64,000 nucleotides of DNA from positions 83,927 through 147,926 of the forward strand of contig JAUSEW010000002.1 in assembly GCA_030651475.1 (NCBI GenBank), given 5' to 3'. A model generated the notes under the pieces. The model did no database searches, was not told where the DNA came from, and saw only the letters and a program-made list of their open reading frames with translations. The stretch's first letter is position 1, and each line of letters begins with the position of its first letter. A program made the position numbers and the translations under genes. Positions 1-8,311 of this stretch are shown here, piece after piece. This DNA comes from Candidatus Levyibacteriota bacterium (lineage in GTDB: Bacteria; Patescibacteriota; Microgenomatia; Levybacterales; UBA12049).

Positions 1-693
1 TTAATTCTTGTTTTTTGCACATTTATATTTCTTTTTTGCCTTCATTATTTAGCAAAGGACGACTTCGTTCTTTTGAGAAAAGACATCTCGGTTGAAAGGG
101 TTTTCAATATAGCTATTTTAGTTTCCTTGGGAACATTATTTTTCGCCAGATTCGGCTACGCGGTTTTAAATCCTAGCGCTAATTTTCTCAATCCATTTGT
201 ATTTTTTCTTTTTCCCTATTTTCCCGGACTTTCTTTGGTTTCATCAGTTGTAGGAGGATCGATGATATTTTTCCTAATCTCGGATTTTAAAAAAATGCCC
301 ACAGGCCACTTATTTGATTTATTTTCAATATCTTTTTTAAGCGCTTTCCCAATTGGCTTATTTGGTTACTTTTTGCTTTCCCGCGTCCATTTATTGGCTA
401 TAAAACCAATTCTTATATTTCTGATTGCTGTTTTGATGTTTATATTTTTCCTCAAAGTTCTTTTGCCGAAAAAACATAAAAACAAATTTCAGGACGGGTC
501 ATTGGGATTTATGTTTTTAGCTCTATTTTCCCTAGTGCTTTTCATAGAAAGCATTACCGGGATATTCAAAGTAGTAAGCGTATTAAAAATAGAAGAGCTT
601 ATTGTTTTAGGGGCAACATTTACAATTTCTCTTGTTCTTCTTATAAAACAAGAAAACCTCTTATCGAAAACAAAAGGTCTGAAAAAAAACTAG
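1..693 (+). CDS. Lgt-like polytopic membrane protein (prolipoprotein diacylglyceryl transferase family?), 5' end truncated by the window edge
   Basis: Frame 1 is open from base 1 and the listed TTG start at 73 is internal. The protein is hydrophobic and multi-pass. Its FARFGYAVL and FPIGLFGYFL segments resemble the Lgt GGRIGYVLFY and GLGAGRLGNF regions, but the canonical G-R-x-G-N-F-x-N-x-E signature is degenerate. Confidence 0.4.
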   Translation, partial: LILVFCTFIFLFCLHYLAKDDFVLLRKDISVERVFNIAILVSLGTLFFARFGYAVLNPSANFLNPFVFFLFPYFPGLSLVSSVVGGSMIFFLISDFKKMPTGHLFDLFSISFLSAFPIGLFGYFLLSRVHLLAIKPILIFLIAVLMFIFFLKVLLPKKHKNKFQDGSLGFMFLALFSLVLFIESITGIFKVVSVLKIEELIVLGATFTISLVLLIKQENLLSKTKGLKKN

Positions 694-1355
694 CTATTCT
701 TTTGCGTTTTTTGTTGGGGGAATTTAGTAACGAGCATTAAATTTAGAATCGCAGTTAGAAGCGAGAACCTTCTTTCCAGAGGAAGATCGGGATCTCTCAT
801 TATTTCTCGTAAGCGGTGTATGGTTACCTCCTTGCTCAAGGAAAGCGCTTCTTCCATATTGAGCAATACTTTCTTTTTGAAATCCTTAGAGAATTTTTTA
901 AGTTGGTCCCTAATAAGTGAAATGTCACGATTTCTCATGCCATTAACGGCAAGCATATCGGCTGCCTCTCCTTCTCTTCCTCTAATCAATCCCAACAATA
1001 TATCAGATGGCTCAGTTTGCGTTTTTCCTTGCTCTCTCGCTTCATCTACGGCGAAGTCGATAACACGTTTTGCTCTAGGTGTAAAGTCGAGAATTCGTTC
1101 GGGCGATAGTTCACCCCCTTCAGTATTTTTAATAAGACGTAACATGGAATTCTCCATATCTTCAGGACTATCTTGACGCCTACTTCTCATAAAGCCTAAA
1201 ATTAGAGGATCTTCCAATGAGGCCAACAGAATATGGCTAGGCGAAACATACTCATGATTTAGAGATACAGCAAGTTCGTGAGCTCTTGCCACAATCTGTC
1301 TTGTGTCATCCGAAAATTTGAGTTGTGTTTCTACTTTTCGATCTTCTTTTCCCAT
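690..1355 (-). CDS. Clp N-terminal (Clp_N) double-repeat domain protein
   Basis: There are two Clp_N-like repeats, TRQIVARAHELAVSLNHEYVSPSHILLASL and TPRAKRVIDFAVDEAREQGKTQTEPSDILLGLI. No AAA+ domain is present. Confidence 0.5.
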   Translation of the reverse strand: MGKEDRKVETQLKFSDDTRQIVARAHELAVSLNHEYVSPSHILLASLEDPLILGFMRSRRQDSPEDMENSMLRLIKNTEGGELSPERILDFTPRAKRVIDFAVDEAREQGKTQTEPSDILLGLIRGREGEAADMLAVNGMRNRDISLIRDQLKKFSKDFKKKVLLNMEEALSLSKEVTIHRLREIMRDPDLPLERRFSLLTAILNLMLVTKFPQQKTQKNS

Positions 1356-1372
1356 AATTTAATTTGGCGTTT

Positions 1373-1867
1373 CTATGTCTCCCTAAGACTTTCCTCTAGT
1401 CTTATTGAGGCTTTTAATGCGGATACAAGACCTACGCTTCTTTCGCCACTGACGGATATTAAAGCTTCCCTGAAAGCTTCTCCACCCTCTGTAGGAGAAC
1501 TATAAATTGCCATCAGCCAATCGCCTGCTCTAATTTGGGGAGATCCAGACTCCATTCTATTTTTATCTGCGACAATAAATATATCTTGGATTGATCCAGC
1601 AGGCTTATTTTTATTTAGACCACTTTTTATAATTTCTTCGAAAGTTTTACGTGCTCGTTCGTAGTCTATGTCGGCAGTTTCTAATTCTGCCCGTGTTGTG
1701 GTATTCCAAAATATAGCATATACCATATCCGATACTTCTGGTTGGTCGTGTCTATGGCGTTGAGCAAACCATCTGGCTGACTTTACGAGTATTTTTCCGC
1801 TTGGGGAACATTGTGATTCAATTTCCTCTATGGTTGGAATTCCTGTCTTTTTTTCCGCAGTAGTCAT
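1373..1867 (-). CDS. hypothetical protein
   Basis: 164-aa ORF in the same operon orientation as the upstream Clp_N gene. No recognisable motif. Confidence 0.3.
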   Translation of the reverse strand: MTTAEKKTGIPTIEEIESQCSPSGKILVKSARWFAQRHRHDQPEVSDMVYAIFWNTTTRAELETADIDYERARKTFEEIIKSGLNKNKPAGSIQDIFIVADKNRMESGSPQIRAGDWLMAIYSSPTEGGEAFREALISVSGERSVGLVSALKASIRLEESLRET

Positions 1868-1909
1868 ATCGGGGAAATTATAGTAAATTAGAGCCTATAA
1901 GTCAACTGT

Positions 1910-2698
1910 TTGTGCTATGATATCAAGATGGAGGCGAAAATTATTTTTGAGGATGAGCAGATTTTGGTTTTGGATAAGCCGGCAGGGATGATTGTTAATC
2001 GGTCTGATACAACGAAAGGGGAGACAACTCTGCAGGATTTCGTGGAAAAACATTTAAACATTCCAACTCCGAAACCCCAAGCGAAAACGGAAGTTCAGGA
2101 TGGAGATTATGCTGCTCAAACAGAACAGAATTTTATTTCCAGATCGGGGATTGTGCATCGGCTGGATAAGGAGACTTCGGGAATTATTTTGGTTGCCAAA
2201 ACGCTTGGTGCTTTTATGAATTTACAAGCTCAATTTAAAGAGCGAAAAGTACAAAAAACCTATCTTGCACTTACTCATGGGAAAATAGAGCCAGAAGCAG
2301 GCGAAATAAATGTTGCAGTTGGACGGCTGCCTTGGAACAGAAAAAGATTTGGAGTTTTGTCAGGCGGACGAGAAGCAATAACGCGTTACCGCGTAATTTC
2401 AAATTTCAAATTTCAAATTTCAAATTCTCAAGAGGACTTGAGTTTGGTAGAGCTTAGTCCTAAGACGGGGAGGACGCATCAGATAAGAGTTCACTTGCAA
2501 TACATCAAACATCCTATTTTCGCTGATCCTTTATATGCCGGACGTAAAACATCAAGAAACGATAGGAAATTTTTGCCTCGGGTTTTCCTCCACGCCAGTA
2601 AAATTTCATTTTTCCACCCCGCAAGCGGAGAGTTACTCTCCTTAGAAAGTCCCTTACCCGACGAGCTAAAGAATTTTTTGTCTGCTCTTAAATCTTGA
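1910..2698 (+). CDS. RluA-family 23S rRNA/tRNA pseudouridine synthase
   Basis: It carries the HRLDKETSGIILVAK catalytic-Asp motif and the TGRTHQIRVH motif typical of the RluA/RluD family. The coding sequence contains an (AATTTCA)x4 tract at 2395-2422. Confidence 0.85.
   Translation: MCYDIKMEAKIIFEDEQILVLDKPAGMIVNRSDTTKGETTLQDFVEKHLNIPTPKPQAKTEVQDGDYAAQTEQNFISRSGIVHRLDKETSGIILVAKTLGAFMNLQAQFKERKVQKTYLALTHGKIEPEAGEINVAVGRLPWNRKRFGVLSGGREAITRYRVISNFKFQISNSQEDLSLVELSPKTGRTHQIRVHLQYIKHPIFADPLYAGRKTSRNDRKFLPRVFLHASKISFFHPASGELLSLESPLPDELKNFLSALKS
2395..2429. repeat. heptanucleotide tandem repeat (AATTTCA)x4 plus a degenerate fifth unit, inside the rluA coding sequence
   Basis: Four perfect 7-nt units read directly from the sequence. 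An identical 26-nt stretch occurs again at 28436-28463. Confidence 0.9.
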
Positions 2699-2714
2699 TT
2701 TTATTCACCAGACT

Positions 2715-2737
2715 TCCCACATTCCATGTGGGAGCAC
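2715..2737. repeat. GC-rich hairpin (tcccaca ttcca tgtggga) with arm gtgggagcac, flanking the 3' end of RAYT copy 1
   Basis: The hairpin is read from the sequence. gtgggagcac (2728-2737) is the exact reverse complement of gtgctcccac at 3426-3435. Confidence 0.7.
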
Positions 2738-2746
2738 GACTTTTTA

Positions 2747-3406
2747 CTATTTTTCTTCGTCTGGATCTATAAGCAAGCTATAAATCTCTGGATTATCGGT
2801 TTCGGTTTCCTCTTCCTCTACAAATGATTGGTAGCTTAAGTTGGGGATAGTTTTTGAGAAATAAGACAGGATAAATTCCGTATTGCAAAAAGGATGCTTA
2901 TCCTTAGATAAATAATAGCTGTATGAGGAATAAGGATAGAGATTAAGACTTTCTTTATGCAACTTCAAGGGATTACGATGAATATACTTTGACACTTGCA
3001 ATAAATATCCGTCATTTTCAATAAGCTTAGCCTTAAATGTACCTTGAAAGAGGGGCCCGATACGATCATACTTGGTATTGAAATATCTAGTATAGCTATT
3101 GGCAAATTTCCTTATGAAATTTGTTATTCCGCCATCTGCGTTTTGTTTTAGCAGAAAGTGAAAATGGTTAGGCATTAAGCAGTAGGAATAAATCTCTACC
3201 AATTCAATTTGGTTTTCGATCTTTTTAGCTTTTTCTATTCCTCTTTTAAAATCGGAAAGTTTTGCCGGCAGCGGAGCTTTGCGATAGAAATCCATAGTTA
3301 ATAAAAACTGTTGATAGTCACGTTTGCCAATAAAAATATTTCTCTTTTCTACTCCTCGGTTATAGATATGATAATAGTTGCCGTTAACAAAAGGAGGATT
3401 AGTCAT
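2747..3406 (-). CDS. REP-associated tyrosine transposase / IS200-like Y1 (HuH) transposase, copy 1
   Basis: It has YHIYNRG, the HuH motif CLMPNHFHFLL, and a downstream Tyr in YIHRNP. The paralog at 20151-20750 shares these blocks. The start is placed at the internal Met (MTNPPF...) because the annotated N-terminal 12 codons overlap a flanking hairpin. Confidence 0.7.
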   Translation of the reverse strand: MTNPPFVNGNYYHIYNRGVEKRNIFIGKRDYQQFLLTMDFYRKAPLPAKLSDFKRGIEKAKKIENQIELVEIYSYCLMPNHFHFLLKQNADGGITNFIRKFANSYTRYFNTKYDRIGPLFQGTFKAKLIENDGYLLQVSKYIHRNPLKLHKESLNLYPYSSYSYYLSKDKHPFCNTEFILSYFSKTIPNLSYQSFVEEEETETDNPEIYSLLIDPDEEK

Positions 3407-3425
3407 TATTAGATGATAAATATTC

Positions 3426-3449
3426 GTGCTCCCACTTGTCAAGTGGGAG
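3426..3449. repeat. GC-rich hairpin (ctcccact tgtca agtgggag) flanking the 5' end of RAYT copy 1, in inverted orientation to 2715-2737
   Basis: 8-bp stem hairpin. It shares an inverted 10-mer with the other flank. Confidence 0.7.
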
Positions 3450-3605
3450 AGGGAGAGGGTGAGCTAGTTCGGCATGCGAATAGCTACAAACTGATTCAAA
3501 GACTAAAAGATGAGATTTTGTTTTGGGATGGGGAAGCTTGATTTTATTAGCGAATTATTGGTATTATTTGTAGTATTGACAGTATTTCAAGGACGGTGAT
3601 TATTT

Positions 3606-3746
3606 ATGGCTGGTTTCGGAGGATTTTACAAAGGAGAAAAAAAGAAAAAGAAGAAAGGTTCCGCGAAAAGTAATTTCGTTTCTCCATTGGGCGCACCAAC
3701 GCTTACGATGCCCGAAATTATATCTAAAAAGAAAAAATACGAATAA
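3606..3746 (+). CDS. small lysine-rich ORF (46 aa), hypothetical
   Basis: An ATG at 3606 precedes a 46-codon frame, MAGFGGFYKGEKKKKKKGSAKSNFVSPLGAPTLTMPEIISKKKKYE. It is not in the ORF track because it is under 60 aa, and it lies in an otherwise empty 300-bp gap. Confidence 0.2.
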   Translation: MAGFGGFYKGEKKKKKKGSAKSNFVSPLGAPTLTMPEIISKKKKYE

Positions 3747-3751
3747 AATTT

Positions 3752-4567
3752 ATGAGGAGAAAAAAGACCGATTCCGGTTTCGGAAGGGCGAAGGTCGCCA
3801 TATTTTTCGCAGTTTTCGTAATCTTGGTGGTATTATTCTCGCTAATTTTTAAAGTTCTTAAAATAGTAGAGCAAAGCAAGTTTGATAACTACCACCGTTT
3901 TACCATAAGCGTTGCCAATAACAGGAAGACAGAAGTTATATCGTTTCTTCCAAGCGACAAAAAGATATGGGTTATAAAAATTGATGGAGATTTGCAAAGC
4001 AATTCCCAAAATGACCTGAATAGATTTTTGGAAATTACAACAGATGCAAGAGTAGAGAATAGCTCCCTAAATCTTGATAACGAGGTTCCTGTTCTGATGT
4101 CAAGTGTACTTACGGGTTTTGGAAATTTCAAAACAGATTTGACGATAATAGATGCATTTAGGCTTTTCCTTTTTTCGAAAACTATCCCGAAAGACTTTAT
4201 TGGCACAAAGAATATTTCTACTTCTTTGCAAAGCCTAGAAGTTGACAAGACAATTTCTTCTCTTTTCGCAGATGCAGAGCTCGTGAAAGATATAAAAACC
4301 ATAGAAATCACCAACGCAGCAGACGTTCCAAATCTTGGAGGACGGTTGGCAAGACTAATTACGAATATGGGCGGAAATGTGGTTTTAATAACCACGGATA
4401 ATGCTGTCGGAAAAGAGTCCAGTATTTTCTATACAGGCAAAAAAACCTATACTGTAGATAGATTATCCAGGATTTTGGGTTTTAAAAGCGTTGAGAGTCA
4501 GAATTTGGGGATAGCGGATATAAAAATCGTCATTGGGACAGATTCTTTGCCAAAACTCGTTTTTTAG
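3752..4567 (+). CDS. hypothetical membrane-anchored protein (single N-terminal TM helix)
   Basis: N-terminal hydrophobic segment VAIFFAVFVILVVLFSLIF followed by a soluble domain. Any LCP-family relation is unproven. Confidence 0.3.
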   Translation: MRRKKTDSGFGRAKVAIFFAVFVILVVLFSLIFKVLKIVEQSKFDNYHRFTISVANNRKTEVISFLPSDKKIWVIKIDGDLQSNSQNDLNRFLEITTDARVENSSLNLDNEVPVLMSSVLTGFGNFKTDLTIIDAFRLFLFSKTIPKDFIGTKNISTSLQSLEVDKTISSLFADAELVKDIKTIEITNAADVPNLGGRLARLITNMGGNVVLITTDNAVGKESSIFYTGKKTYTVDRLSRILGFKSVESQNLGIADIKIVIGTDSLPKLVF

Positions 4568-4569
4568 AA

Positions 4570-5358
4570 TTACTCTTGGTCTTCTATGATTTTTTCCGCT
4601 TCATCCATAATGTCTTCATCCTCATTGTGGATTTTAATATGCCTAGCTTTATCTTTTTTATCGGGATTATTTTTATCAAGACTTAAATTTTTGATGCTTT
4701 CTTCCAGAAAAGAAGGCTGGTTTTTGAACCGGGGAGCCATCTTAACCTCTCGTAGAAAAACAACCACACGATTGTTGTTAGTTGATTTAACATAAGCTTC
4801 GTAGATACTTCCTCCTTTGATGAATTTAATGAGCCTTTTTCCCACATCATCAGGCAGTACTCCTATGTATTGCTCTTGGTTTTCGATAAATACTTTTAGC
4901 CTTTTGACAATAAGATTGAGCACCTGTCCGGTTATCAATCCGGAAACTATTTTGGGTTGTGCCACGTTAACAAGCTCGATAATTTTGGTTTTTCCAGGCG
5001 TCTCAATGAAAGATTTAGAGTATACTCCGGAAAATCCGTTTAGCTTTTTCCTGTTCGGTTCTTCCTTAAGACGTTTTAGATTGCGTAGGGCAATAGGATT
5101 GACAGAATCAATTTTGAGCACTTTTCTATACGTGGCTTTGGCTTCTTTTATCTTGTCCAGAAGCGTGAAAGCGAAAGCTAAGCGGTTCAAAGCTCCAATA
5201 TCGTTTGGATTTGCAGAAAGCAGGGATTTATTAAGCGACGTCGCGTTTTTCCAATTGCCTTGCAGTGCCGTTTGTATTGCTTGATTTTTTGATGATATCA
5301 TGAGTGGAATCCCTATGGAGTTGGGGAAAATTTTACTACTATTTCTTGCAAAAGTCAA
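4570..5358 (-). CDS. hypothetical protein with N-terminal TPR-like repeats
   Basis: TPR-like ALNRLAFAFTLLDKIKEAKATYRKVLKIDSVNP region. No other recognisable motif. Confidence 0.3.
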   Translation of the reverse strand: MTFARNSSKIFPNSIGIPLMISSKNQAIQTALQGNWKNATSLNKSLLSANPNDIGALNRLAFAFTLLDKIKEAKATYRKVLKIDSVNPIALRNLKRLKEEPNRKKLNGFSGVYSKSFIETPGKTKIIELVNVAQPKIVSGLITGQVLNLIVKRLKVFIENQEQYIGVLPDDVGKRLIKFIKGGSIYEAYVKSTNNNRVVVFLREVKMAPRFKNQPSFLEESIKNLSLDKNNPDKKDKARHIKIHNEDEDIMDEAEKIIEDQE

Positions 5359-5464
5359 GATGGAAAGCTATAATTGGAGAGCGTTTAGAGGAAAATAGCG
5401 TTTAGTTATCATAAGTTTGTCGAACCTAACTATACGCTAGACGCTAACAAACTGAACGCTATCT

Positions 5465-6196
5465 ATGAGCGGACATTCTAAATGGGCTACGATAAAAAGA
5501 GCAAAAGGAGCTGCGGATGTCAAACGAGGCTTAGCTTTTACGAAGCTTTCAAACGCCATAACTATTGCTGTAAAACAGGGTGGGGGAATTGGCGATCCGG
5601 CACAAAATTTTAAATTAAGACTGGCTGTTGAGGCTGCAAGGGCTTTGAACATGCCAAAAGAGAACATTGAGCGGGCCATAGGAAGAGCTGCGGCCAAAGG
5701 AGAAAAGATAGCAGAAGAAGTAACCTATGAAGGGTTCGCGTCTGAAGGAGTCGCAATAATCGTTGAAGCGGCGACGGATAATCCCCAAAGAACAAGCGCC
5801 GAGATTAAAAATATTTTCAATAAGTCGAATGCCAGCTTTGGTCAGCCCGGATCTGTTTCCTATCTTTTTAAACAGGTAGGGAAAATCGTCGTAGTTAAGG
5901 ACGGGAAAACTTTCGATGACATCTTTGCTCTGGCAGTAGAAAGCGGCGCGAATGATATAGAGGAGGGAGTGGAGGATAGGTGTACTATGTATACGGATAC
6001 TACCTCTTTGTTCAAAGTCAAAGATGCGCTTGTTGCTAAGGGATTAAAGGTTGAAGACGTAGGGCTCGTAAGAAAGCCAATCAATGTCATTCCGATAGCG
6101 GATGCTGCTAAAAAACAGCAGATTTTTGATTTTATAGGTAAATTAGAGGAAATGGACGATGTACAAAAAGTTTATTCAAATATCTCTTTAAATTAA
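5465..6196 (+). CDS. yebC: YebC/PmpR family probable transcriptional regulator
   Basis: MSGHSKWATIKRAKGAADVKRG matches the near-universal N-terminal signature of the family. Length is the usual ~243 aa. Confidence 0.9.
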   Translation: MSGHSKWATIKRAKGAADVKRGLAFTKLSNAITIAVKQGGGIGDPAQNFKLRLAVEAARALNMPKENIERAIGRAAAKGEKIAEEVTYEGFASEGVAIIVEAATDNPQRTSAEIKNIFNKSNASFGQPGSVSYLFKQVGKIVVVKDGKTFDDIFALAVESGANDIEEGVEDRCTMYTDTTSLFKVKDALVAKGLKVEDVGLVRKPINVIPIADAAKKQQIFDFIGKLEEMDDVQKVYSNISLN

Positions 6197-6197
6197 G

Positions 6198-7004
6198 ATG
6201 CGACGCTCTTTTTTCAGACGCAGTAATTTCATTTTGGCAATTTCCAAACGGCAGAAATTTATAATAACGGTTTTGGTTTCTTCTCTGATGCTTTTTTTCG
6301 CCGAGAGTATCTTCGGCAAATCGGGAATTCTTCTCGCGTTTTTGCTCTCAATATCAACATCCTTGTTGTTTCTTTGGTCGGAATATGACGATCTGAAGGG
6401 AAATTTTTCCTTGCAAGTTTTTATTCTGCTTTTTTTCTACAGCCTTTCTTTTGCCTTATTTTATTTTTTGGTTCCGGCACGTTTTCTTACCAGAATTACG
6501 ATGACTTCTTTATATGGAATAGGACTTTATTCCTTATTTCTTGCGCAAAACATTTTTGTAGTTTCTTCCATAAGGACCATTGCTCTTCTATCTTCGGCGC
6601 GAACAGTAGCTTTTTCCATGACGATTCTAACGTACTTTTTCCTTTCCAACGTGGTTTTTTCGCTTCATTTTAATATCTTTATAACTCTTTTGATATTTTT
6701 TCTTTTTTCTTTCCCCCTAATACTTGAGTCACTTTGGACATATACATTGGAGAGTAAATTATTAGCCTATTCATACTGGGAATTGCCTTTGACAATATGT
6801 TTAGTTGAGACTGCGTTAGTTTTGTGGTTTTGGCCGGTAATGCCGACTATAGCAGCCCTTTTTATGACAGGTTTATTTTATATCATGATTGGTATTTCCC
6901 AAGTGTGGTTCGAGAGAAGGCTTTTTAAAAGCGTAATGTGGGAATATGTTTGGGTTGGGGCTTTGATCTTCTTAATTTTTATCTTCTTCGCAATCAGAGG
7001 CTAA
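6198..7004 (+). CDS. polytopic integral membrane protein, hypothetical
   Basis: 268-aa ORF with many hydrophobic helices. It starts 2 bp after yebC. Confidence 0.4.
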   Translation: MRRSFFRRSNFILAISKRQKFIITVLVSSLMLFFAESIFGKSGILLAFLLSISTSLLFLWSEYDDLKGNFSLQVFILLFFYSLSFALFYFLVPARFLTRITMTSLYGIGLYSLFLAQNIFVVSSIRTIALLSSARTVAFSMTILTYFFLSNVVFSLHFNIFITLLIFFLFSFPLILESLWTYTLESKLLAYSYWELPLTICLVETALVLWFWPVMPTIAALFMTGLFYIMIGISQVWFERRLFKSVMWEYVWVGALIFLIFIFFAIRG

Positions 7005-7166
7005 AAAATATACTTCAAGGCGGGGGAAAGGGGAGGGATATAGTTTGATATAGTAATTAATTAAATATTATAGGACACTTCGTCGCTTCGTTCCTCAGTG
7101 TGGATAACTTCTAGTTTTCACAAGCTTAGCCTCTACTTTTCACAGGTTTACTCTTTGCTCATTCAT

Positions 7167-7260
7167 CGGGGGCCTGCCTCGGACTTTCCCTCCCGCCAGT
7201 GCTCCTTTGACTTCGTCAAATATGCGCGCTGTCGGGAACCCTTCCAGTCGAGTCACCCCT
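7167..7260. repeat. structured ~95-nt palindromic repeat, copy A (intergenic)
   Basis: Roughly 88% identical to 11640-11735. It has terminal GGGG/CCCC and CTCGGAC/GTCGAG stems plus an internal TTTGAC-ttc-GTCAAA hairpin. Confidence 0.8.
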
Positions 7261-7777
7261 CTTCCTTATTTGAGGGATCGCAAACTGCTTCTAGCGAATA
7301 AAATACGAATGTCCGAATTGATGGTTTTTGAAGCTAAAACGATACGTTTAGGCTGATTTATCAATCTAAATTATGGTATAGGCAGATGCCCTCGGGGAGG
7401 GAGGCGTTAAAACGAAATTAAAAATTAAAAATGAAAAATTAAAAGCTAAGACAGCGGAGGACATAGGCTCTTATAAGACGGGAAACGAAATAGTCCTCTT
7501 CTGTTAAGGATTGGTCGAAAAAGGTTTTTGACGGGAAAATAGCACTGGAAGTAGAGGAAGTGATTACGTCGTACAATAATACTTTTACGACGTCAGCCAG
7601 CTTCAGTTATTCGGAGAAGTGGCCTAAACCTTGCCGAAATTTTCAATTTTTAATTCTCAATTTTCAATTACGCTACTTACTTCTCTTAATTTTGCGGCTT
7701 ATTTTTCTCCCAAAAAATGCCTATTTAATCCCCCACTATAGGGCTACATAGAGAAAATTTCATGAAGCTATTCGAAG

Positions 7778-8266
7778 CTATTCTTTAATCTTTCTTGCTA
7801 GTTTCGCTAATTTTTTATCATCAGCTCTTTTATGATCATGGGACGAAATGTAGCCTTCGTATTTTTCAAAGAATTTATCAATGCCGGAGCGAAAAGGTTT
7901 CCATTTGCCCATTTTGGTGCCGTGCATGGGGAAAAGTTTGGCATGAACATGATCTACGCCAAAACCCTCAAGAATCATGCCGGTTCTGCCAACGTTTTCT
8001 AGCTTCTTGTCTAACAATTTTCCTACTTTTTTGGCAGCAACAGCCAGATCTCTGAAAACTTTTTCCGGCAGATCGAATGCGTAGCTTGGGTAATGCCTTT
8101 TGGTCGTTATAACGGAGAAGCCTTCTGTATTTGGGAAAATTGACAGAAAAGCAAAATGGCTGGCATCCTCCCAAATTTTGTGACTCGGAGATTTACCGCT
8201 GACAATATCGCAAAAAATACACCCTTTCACATTTTGAATATAGCAAAATTGCCAAACTCTGTCCAA
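7778..8266 (-). CDS. HIT (histidine triad) family hydrolase
   Basis: It has the N-terminal CIFCDIV...HFAFLSIFP HIT fold signature and a GVDHVHAKLFP histidine-triad-like motif. Confidence 0.75.
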   Translation of the reverse strand: MDRVWQFCYIQNVKGCIFCDIVSGKSPSHKIWEDASHFAFLSIFPNTEGFSVITTKRHYPSYAFDLPEKVFRDLAVAAKKVGKLLDKKLENVGRTGMILEGFGVDHVHAKLFPMHGTKMGKWKPFRSGIDKFFEKYEGYISSHDHKRADDKKLAKLARKIKE

Positions 8267-8311
8267 TTGACAATGTTATTTTCCGTATATGTATGATATT
8301 ATACGTGCTGT

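Noticed and set aside
3407-3442. Longer N-termini from the ORF track for RAYT copy 1 (3442), the Bro-N protein (58061), holB-like (21580) and GIY-YIG (63331)
   Set aside because: In each case the extra codons run through flanking hairpins, inverted repeats or palindromes. Internal Met residues align with the start of the conserved domain, and the paralog of RAYT copy 1 starts there too.
7080-7330. Possible RNase P RNA on the minus strand, because the reverse complement reads GGCGGGAGGGAAAGUCCGAGGCAGG, reminiscent of the P4 5' strand AGGAAAGUCCGGGCUCC
   Set aside because: The GGAAAGUCCG stretch lies in a stem that co-varies in the folD copy (GGAAAGUUUCGG), so it is not the invariant P4 sequence. 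No ACAGAANCCGGCUUA 3' P4 partner or other P-RNA motifs are found nearby. A full-length P RNA would have to overlap the upstream protein gene. The same element is inserted in folD.
7005-7777. tmRNA (ssrA) in the long intergenic region
   Set aside because: No tRNA-like T-arm/CCA end (GGTTCGAnTCC...CCA), and no short tag-peptide frame ending in ...AA-stop, on either strand.
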